64,000 bases of DNA from NCBI GenBank assembly GCA_048013815.1, contig CM106585.1, forward strand, positions 16,988,001-17,052,000, written 5' to 3'. This document shows positions 58,403-64,000 of this stretch, one piece after another. The stretch comes from Setoptus koraiensis (lineage: Eukaryota; Animalia; Arthropoda). Under the pieces are notes generated by a model that saw only the letters and a program-made list of their open reading frames with translations, searched no databases and was not told where the DNA came from. Numbering within the stretch: the first letter of the stretch is position 1; every line of letters starts with the position of its first letter. The position numbers were made by a program, and so were the translations under genes.

Positions 58403-60238
58403 ATGTTGAACCTAAGCTCAAAATTGATTGTGACAGCAATCATACTATCTGTTGGTTGCTGTGAGGCCATAGTAGATAATTCTAAAATAGATTTGAGCAT
58501 ATACAAACTGCGTCCAGTTAAGAAAACATCACCAGCTAATTGCAAACAATGTGTGACCGATTTCGTTGAGGCCTCCAAAGTACTTGGCGAGTCTCTGTTT
58601 GTTCTGCGAATCAAATCGAGATGCTCTAGTTTTGGTTACCTATTTGAACTCATTCGTGAGGGAAAACAGCTACGTCGGGAAGATATAATCAATCTAGCGG
58701 TAGTAACTACTGTTGAACATCAGGACTATCGTAAAAGATATGAGAAAAATTTGCCTGGATTGAAGAAGAATTTCATTGATACTGTTCAGGAATTGGAAAA
58801 CAAAGAAGATATAGCTGAATACAGAAACACTTGGCGTGATCTAATATTTTGTCTAATCGACGATTACAGCTCACATCAAGATGTTAAGACGTTTCTATTG
58901 AATACGAAACGTGCAAAAGAGATCAATACCCTCAATGAATTCAAATCTGTACCAACACAAGTGGTTGCCAAAGGATGCAACCCTGATGAATTGGCACCTT
59001 TGGGTTATGTAAGAACGATTGTTGAAATGATAGAGGGTAGAAATCGCGGCGTGAGTATCGATCTGCTGACGGCTCATGGATCGTCATCAGATGAATCTGT
59101 GGCCGAGCGAATTCTCGATACTAAATTGCTCAATGCAGATACGAAGTCGCACGTTCTAGCAATGGTAGAAGAAATCGAAAAGAGGCTCAAAGGCCAGAAC
59201 TCTGGGGCTGAAGGTAACACTGACCGAGCAGCCAAGGCTTTGGATAATATTGAAAAAGGTACTGTAAGAGATCTTGTTAGCGCCATCGAAGAGAGATGGG
59301 ATGGAACTGAAGAAGAGAAAACTAAAACCAAAGCCCAACTATATATGGAACTGATGAAAAACAATGAGAGGCCGGGTGATGCCAATCAGTCCGAACCTAA
59401 ACACCAAGAACAACAAGCTCCTGTTGAGATAGAGCCTAGAAAGAAGGACATCAATTCATTCTTTGGCCGAAGCAAAAAAACTTTCGACACATCAGCTTCA
59501 GGTAAATCGAAAGACGGCAAGTCTGGTCTGAAATTGGACGAGATTCGTCCACCCGAACCAATAATCGTGCCACACATTTCAATTGGTGAAAATGAAATAC
59601 TACCCGAAAATGATGAGGACACAACATCTGATGATAAGGACACAACATCTGATGCTAAAGACACGACATCTGATGCTAAGGACACGACATCTGATGTTAA
59701 GGACACAACGTCCGATGATTATGCAAGTGATGGTACCGTTTCGGAAACAGTTTCTGACACGACTGAACCTTTCCCTACAGCATTAGAGGATCTCATGATT
59801 AATAAGCTGAGCTATGTCAGGTTCAGACTGTTGATGAGACCCTCTAGATTTGGATTGGCCCGATTAGATTTGAAATTGTTGGGAGATTGGGTGAATGCTT
59901 TTGATGATTTGAAATACGAGAGATTTGGACGAATAAGCATTAAGGCAAGAACATTCTTAGCCGATGCAACTAACAACGATATTGATCGAAGAATCCGTAA
60001 CGACCTCGATATCAAAGCGAAAATAGATGCTGTGTTGATAGAAATGAAGAAGGTACACGACAATTTAACTGATTTGAATGACATGAAGCAATTGTTGACC
60101 GAATGCGGACGATTACTGGCATCATTGGATCTCGACATCGACGTCGATGATCTACGTCGTGTGTATAATATCTGGTCTGCTAAATACACCAGCTACGAAG
60201 TAACCCAGAGACTAATTGACAGCAGAGGGCTATGGTAA
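58403..60238 (+). CDS. Orphan secreted protein (~611 aa), largely helical, with acidic Thr/Ser repeat
   Basis: Long stop-free ORF (track starts at TTG 58397, first ATG 58403). Signal-peptide-like MLNLSSKLIVTAIILSVGCCEA, no TM. No family recognised. Confidence 0.8.
   Translation: MLNLSSKLIVTAIILSVGCCEAIVDNSKIDLSIYKLRPVKKTSPANCKQCVTDFVEASKVLGESLFVLRIKSRCSSFGYLFELIREGKQLRREDIINLAVVTTVEHQDYRKRYEKNLPGLKKNFIDTVQELENKEDIAEYRNTWRDLIFCLIDDYSSHQDVKTFLLNTKRAKEINTLNEFKSVPTQVVAKGCNPDELAPLGYVRTIVEMIEGRNRGVSIDLLTAHGSSSDESVAERILDTKLLNADTKSHVLAMVEEIEKRLKGQNSGAEGNTDRAAKALDNIEKGTVRDLVSAIEERWDGTEEEKTKTKAQLYMELMKNNERPGDANQSEPKHQEQQAPVEIEPRKKDINSFFGRSKKTFDTSASGKSKDGKSGLKLDEIRPPEPIIVPHISIGENEILPENDEDTTSDDKDTTSDAKDTTSDAKDTTSDVKDTTSDDYASDGTVSETVSDTTEPFPTALEDLMINKLSYVRFRLLMRPSRFGLARLDLKLLGDWVNAFDDLKYERFGRISIKARTFLADATNNDIDRRIRNDLDIKAKIDAVLIEMKKVHDNLTDLNDMKQLLTECGRLLASLDLDIDVDDLRRVYNIWSAKYTSYEVTQRLIDSRGLW
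59618..59722 (+). repeat. 21-bp coding repeat (DTTSDxK)x5
   Basis: Units GACACRACRTCYGATGNTAAR read directly. Confidence 0.95.
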
Positions 60239-61446
60239 TCGGTGTGATAGGCCTAAGTCTATTCATAGCGCATTTTCAACAATCTACAATATCTCGTAGC
60301 TTCAATGTGACCAAATGGTCGCGGAAGTCTAGGATGAACTAATTCAATGGCACAAATTGTGCAACAGTTTCCATGTATGACGGTCTATATGAACAACGAT
60401 GGTAGTATGAACTTTTGTTGCATTACATAATATAAAATAATTACGCAAGATAATTGTGATCTTTATCGTACATTGTTGTTTAAATTAACCTGACAATCAC
60501 TTACAGCAGATTTGTTATCGAATGCGCATAGTACTTTTAATAGGTAGTAATAGTTTCGGTGAATTTCCGTGCCTCGATCGCATGCAAATTCAAGTTGACT
60601 CATGTTTATTGTTGCATAATTGTTATAGAAATTTTGATTTTTGATAACTCAAGAGCATCGACGACCGGTAGTAACAGCGGCATCAGACTCAATTGAGACC
60701 AGACACTGATTATCTGCTCTGATATGAATTCACAGTCATTTCGTCTGATTGACTATTACATATCAAGCGATAGAGGTGGCGAGCATAGAAAACCAGACAT
60801 AACAAAACCTATTGTTTTTCGTAGTTACTGGTATATCAAGTTGGCGCCATTTCTAGGAATGCACACAGTCTTTCTATCATTTTTACCATGGCTCAAGCCT
60901 GGCGAGCTAAATAGTTGAAAGGTGGAGATATTTTTTCGCACCACATCGGCACATCTCATCTAGTTTGTTTGCAACTTGAAAAAATAAGTGAAAATAAAAA
61001 CAGCATTATGTCTCCAATGTGTTTGCATTTGTTCGTTTGTGTCAAGTGACTGTCTAATCTAACTTGTAATCAAATAACTATCGTCATCAAAAAAACAACA
61101 CTATCTCCATGGACAGACTATATCTGGCTACATGTTGCTGGTGAGAGTTGAATAGCAGCGCACATAGCAGCAGCAAAACAATGATGAAATAAGATACAGT
61201 TTCATATCATGCATACATGTAATATCCCGGCAAAATGTAGTGTACAAATGTTGATATCAGCATAATCGGTCTAATGTTGTGAACCATTGAATGCGTGATT
61301 TGATTTGTGTTGGTCGGTGCAAATAATAAAAGTCAAGCTACAAACGAAATATGATTTACACAAAACGATTTGTTTTATTTTGAAGCGATACACCAAAACC
61401 TAGGCGAGACGATTGTGAGCACAATATTTTGTAACTTTTCATCGGC

Positions 61447-64000
61447 ATGGCCACCAATCATATTAAGCCACTGTTGCTGTTTGTGGCACTGACCACTTTG
61501 GTGACCATTGACAGAGTCAACTCGAGGTCGAGGCCAATCGAATGGGAAGATTATGCAAGCGATACTGCTGGCCAGCAGCTGGGCCAGAATGAGCCGCCCA
61601 AATGTGGCTATAGTAGCTGCCCAAAGACACAAGAGAACAAGTTAAACATTCATTTGGTCGCCCATACCCACGACGATGTTGGCTGGCTCAAGACAGTGGA
61701 CGAATACTATTACGGAACGAGAAAAAATTATGACCTAGCCGGTGTTCAATATATTCTGGATACGGTGATACCCGAATTGGTCATGGATAGAAGCAAGCGT
61801 TTTATTTATGTCGAGATGTCATTCTTTAGCAAATGGTGGGACGAACAAGATGACAAAATGAAACAAATTGTCCGTCAATTGGTCAACAATGGCCAATTGG
61901 AATTTATAAACGGCGGCTGGTGCATGAACGACGAGGCCACCACCACATATCAGTCTATCATTGATCAGATGACCATTGGACTGAAATTTTTAGAGGACAA
62001 CTTTGGCCAGTGCGCCAGACCTAGAGTTGGCTGGCAAATAGATCCGTTTGGGCACAGCAACGAGCAGGCGTCATTGTTTGCCCAATTTGGATTTGATGGC
62101 ATGTTCTTTCAGCGGATACATTTTCTAGACAAATGGTCACGATCAATGAGCAAATCGTTGGATTTGATCTGGCGCGCCGACGAGGCACTAGCCAGCGATT
62201 CGGGCTCTATTTACACAAACGTATTTATAGACACGTACAATGCGCCCTCGACATTTTGTTTTGATACGTTCTGTTTGGACGCCAATCTAGTGGACAACAA
62301 CAAATCGTACGAGTACAACATCGAGGAGCGAGTGTCCAGTTTCGCTGGCTACGCCAAATACTATGCGCAACACAAGCGAACCAACCACATAATGATACCG
62401 ATGGGGGGCGATTTTCAGTACACTTCCGCCAGGCAAAATTTCAAGAATCTCGACAGACTGATCAAGTATTTGAACAAGATGCGACCCGATCAGATTCATG
62501 CCTTTTACAGCACACCCAGCTGCTATCAGTACGCGCTGAACGAGGCCGGCAAGGCGGCCAATGTGAGCTGGCCCCAAAAACTGAACGATTTCTTTCCGTA
62601 TGCCACGGATCAGCACACCTATTGGACGGGTTATTTCACCAGCAGGCCGGCGCTGAAATTGTTTGAACGAAAATCGTCGACAATATTGCAAGTGAGCAGA
62701 CAAATGGCTCTCATCAAGATGATAGACAACCTGAGAGCAACGCCGGCATACAGTAACAATAATAGCGACACCAGCGCCAATTGGAACTACGATCTACTCA
62801 TGCACCAAGAGCAATGTTTGGACCGGATGTGGCAAGTGATGGGCGACATGCAACATCATGACGCCGTCACAGGTACGGAGAAACAGCACGTGGCAAACGA
62901 TTATTTGAGACGGGCCACTGATGCAATCAATCAGTGTATCGGTGCTATTACGTTGAGTCCATTGCAACAGCAACAGCAATCAAAAGCAACAACAGCAACA
63001 ACAACAAAAGATGCGACTAGCTTGCCAAACAAACTGGCCACCGAATCAACCACCGGTATGTGGTGTCCGGCGCTAAACATAAGCAACTGCTGGGCCACAG
63101 AATATTATCTCAGGCCACTGTCGGACAGCAGCGACGGCATCAGAGTGAACCTGTTCAATCCTTTGAGCGAGAAACTCGTCCAGACACCCATAAGGTTGCC
63201 CTGTCCCAGCCCGTGCGAACTGGACAAGCTGTCCATTAGGGACATGTCAACAGGTGAACAGGTCAGTGTCATAGTGAAAGTGCCCCTCAATGCCGGCTTA
63301 GAGAAGCTCAGATATAGAGTGTCGCTAGCTGATGAAGAGATTCAATTTTATGCAAATCTTCCACCTGTTGGCTACAACTCGTACGAGATAGTTGTCAAGC
63401 CGGGCCAAAACGACAGCCAAGAACAAGCATTCACAATGGGGCCCACACCGGCACCAGCGCTCCCAACAAACAATAACAATAATCCTTTTGAGCACATATA
63501 CAACAGTGACAGATGGATAAGAACGTCGCCCAATTACAATGATCAGGATTTGGGTGTGACGAGTAAGTGGAGCGACGACGAAACAAACACCAACAACAAA
63601 GACCAACAGCAAGTCAATAAACTGGTCAAGTTGGCAATTGGTTTGCAGCAAGCAAGCGCCAACAACAACAGATATCTGTCTGTCAATTTGGCCACGGGTC
63701 TAGTGGAGGCGCTCCATGTTGGCGACAAATATTTGCCAGTGAAACAAAAATTTGGCTTTTATTTGCCCGTAAAAGGAAGCAGATCGTCAGGCGCCTACAT
63801 AATGAGGCCAAATTCTAGCGAGCCGCAATTGTTCCAACAGCCAGAGAGATTTAAAATATTCGTATCGGAATATATTCTAGAAATTCATCAGCAATGGAAC
63901 GAATGGATATGGCAAACAATTAGAGCAGACGCCTATTTGGATTACATAGAATATGATTATGTTGTTGGACCGTTGCCCAAAGACGAAACAAGCAAGCTTG
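61447..64000 (+). CDS. MAN2B1: Lysosomal alpha-mannosidase (GH38), 3'-truncated by window edge; absent from the ORF track
   Basis: ATG 61447, frame open to the window end (851 codons). Signal peptide, HLVAHTHDDVGWLKTVDEYY, WQIDPFGHS nucleophile motif, DFFPYA...YWTGYFTSRPALK, MQHHDAVTGTEKQHV, SGAYIMRP. Confidence 0.95.
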   Translation, partial: MATNHIKPLLLFVALTTLVTIDRVNSRSRPIEWEDYASDTAGQQLGQNEPPKCGYSSCPKTQENKLNIHLVAHTHDDVGWLKTVDEYYYGTRKNYDLAGVQYILDTVIPELVMDRSKRFIYVEMSFFSKWWDEQDDKMKQIVRQLVNNGQLEFINGGWCMNDEATTTYQSIIDQMTIGLKFLEDNFGQCARPRVGWQIDPFGHSNEQASLFAQFGFDGMFFQRIHFLDKWSRSMSKSLDLIWRADEALASDSGSIYTNVFIDTYNAPSTFCFDTFCLDANLVDNNKSYEYNIEERVSSFAGYAKYYAQHKRTNHIMIPMGGDFQYTSARQNFKNLDRLIKYLNKMRPDQIHAFYSTPSCYQYALNEAGKAANVSWPQKLNDFFPYATDQHTYWTGYFTSRPALKLFERKSSTILQVSRQMALIKMIDNLRATPAYSNNNSDTSANWNYDLLMHQEQCLDRMWQVMGDMQHHDAVTGTEKQHVANDYLRRATDAINQCIGAITLSPLQQQQQSKATTATTTKDATSLPNKLATESTTGMWCPALNISNCWATEYYLRPLSDSSDGIRVNLFNPLSEKLVQTPIRLPCPSPCELDKLSIRDMSTGEQVSVIVKVPLNAGLEKLRYRVSLADEEIQFYANLPPVGYNSYEIVVKPGQNDSQEQAFTMGPTPAPALPTNNNNNPFEHIYNSDRWIRTSPNYNDQDLGVTSKWSDDETNTNNKDQQQVNKLVKLAIGLQQASANNNRYLSVNLATGLVEALHVGDKYLPVKQKFGFYLPVKGSRSSGAYIMRPNSSEPQLFQQPERFKIFVSEYILEIHQQWNEWIWQTIRADAYLDYIEYDYVVGPLPKDETSKL

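Noticed and set aside
59386-59706. (SDVVSLA)n ORF
   Set aside because: Antisense shadow of the DTTSDxK repeat.
61447-64000. Horizontal transfer of the intronless, GC-richer alpha-mannosidase
   Set aside because: Motifs and signal peptide are those of animal lysosomal MAN2B1, and intronless genes are common in this window.

Overview
AT-rich, gene-dense eukaryotic (metazoan) DNA with few, short GT-AG introns. Protein content and compactness point to an arthropod, most plausibly an acariform mite (inference). I can support 20 protein-coding genes: Csk, TMEM47/claudin-like, SAP18, BAG6, CNOT1, a CBP/p300-like HAT, an r-opsin, a MAM/LDLa membrane protein, a DHHC palmitoyltransferase, glutaminyl cyclase, ELOVL, Crk, DNAJC25, O-GlcNAcase, ENY2-like, EDEM3, WDR20/DMWD, an orphan secreted protein and a partial lysosomal alpha-mannosidase (19 named), of which the orphan has no recognisable family; treat the list, not the count, as authoritative. 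There is also one tRNA-Arg(ACG) and several tandem repeats. No CRISPR, rRNA or clear transposon was seen. The main signal is repeated loss of one interaction or regulatory module from otherwise intact conserved genes. CNOT1 lacks its TTP-binding domain (polyQ in its place). The CBP-like gene lacks TAZ1/KIX/NCBD and has a broken TAZ2. Crk lacks its N-terminal SH3, OGA its pseudo-HAT, EDEM3 its PA domain and KDEL, and ENY2 its first helix. The opsin has a ~350 aa third intracellular loop and an altered retinal pocket. Exon boundaries were read by hand. Domain comparisons come from my memory of human/fly orthologues and need alignment to confirm.
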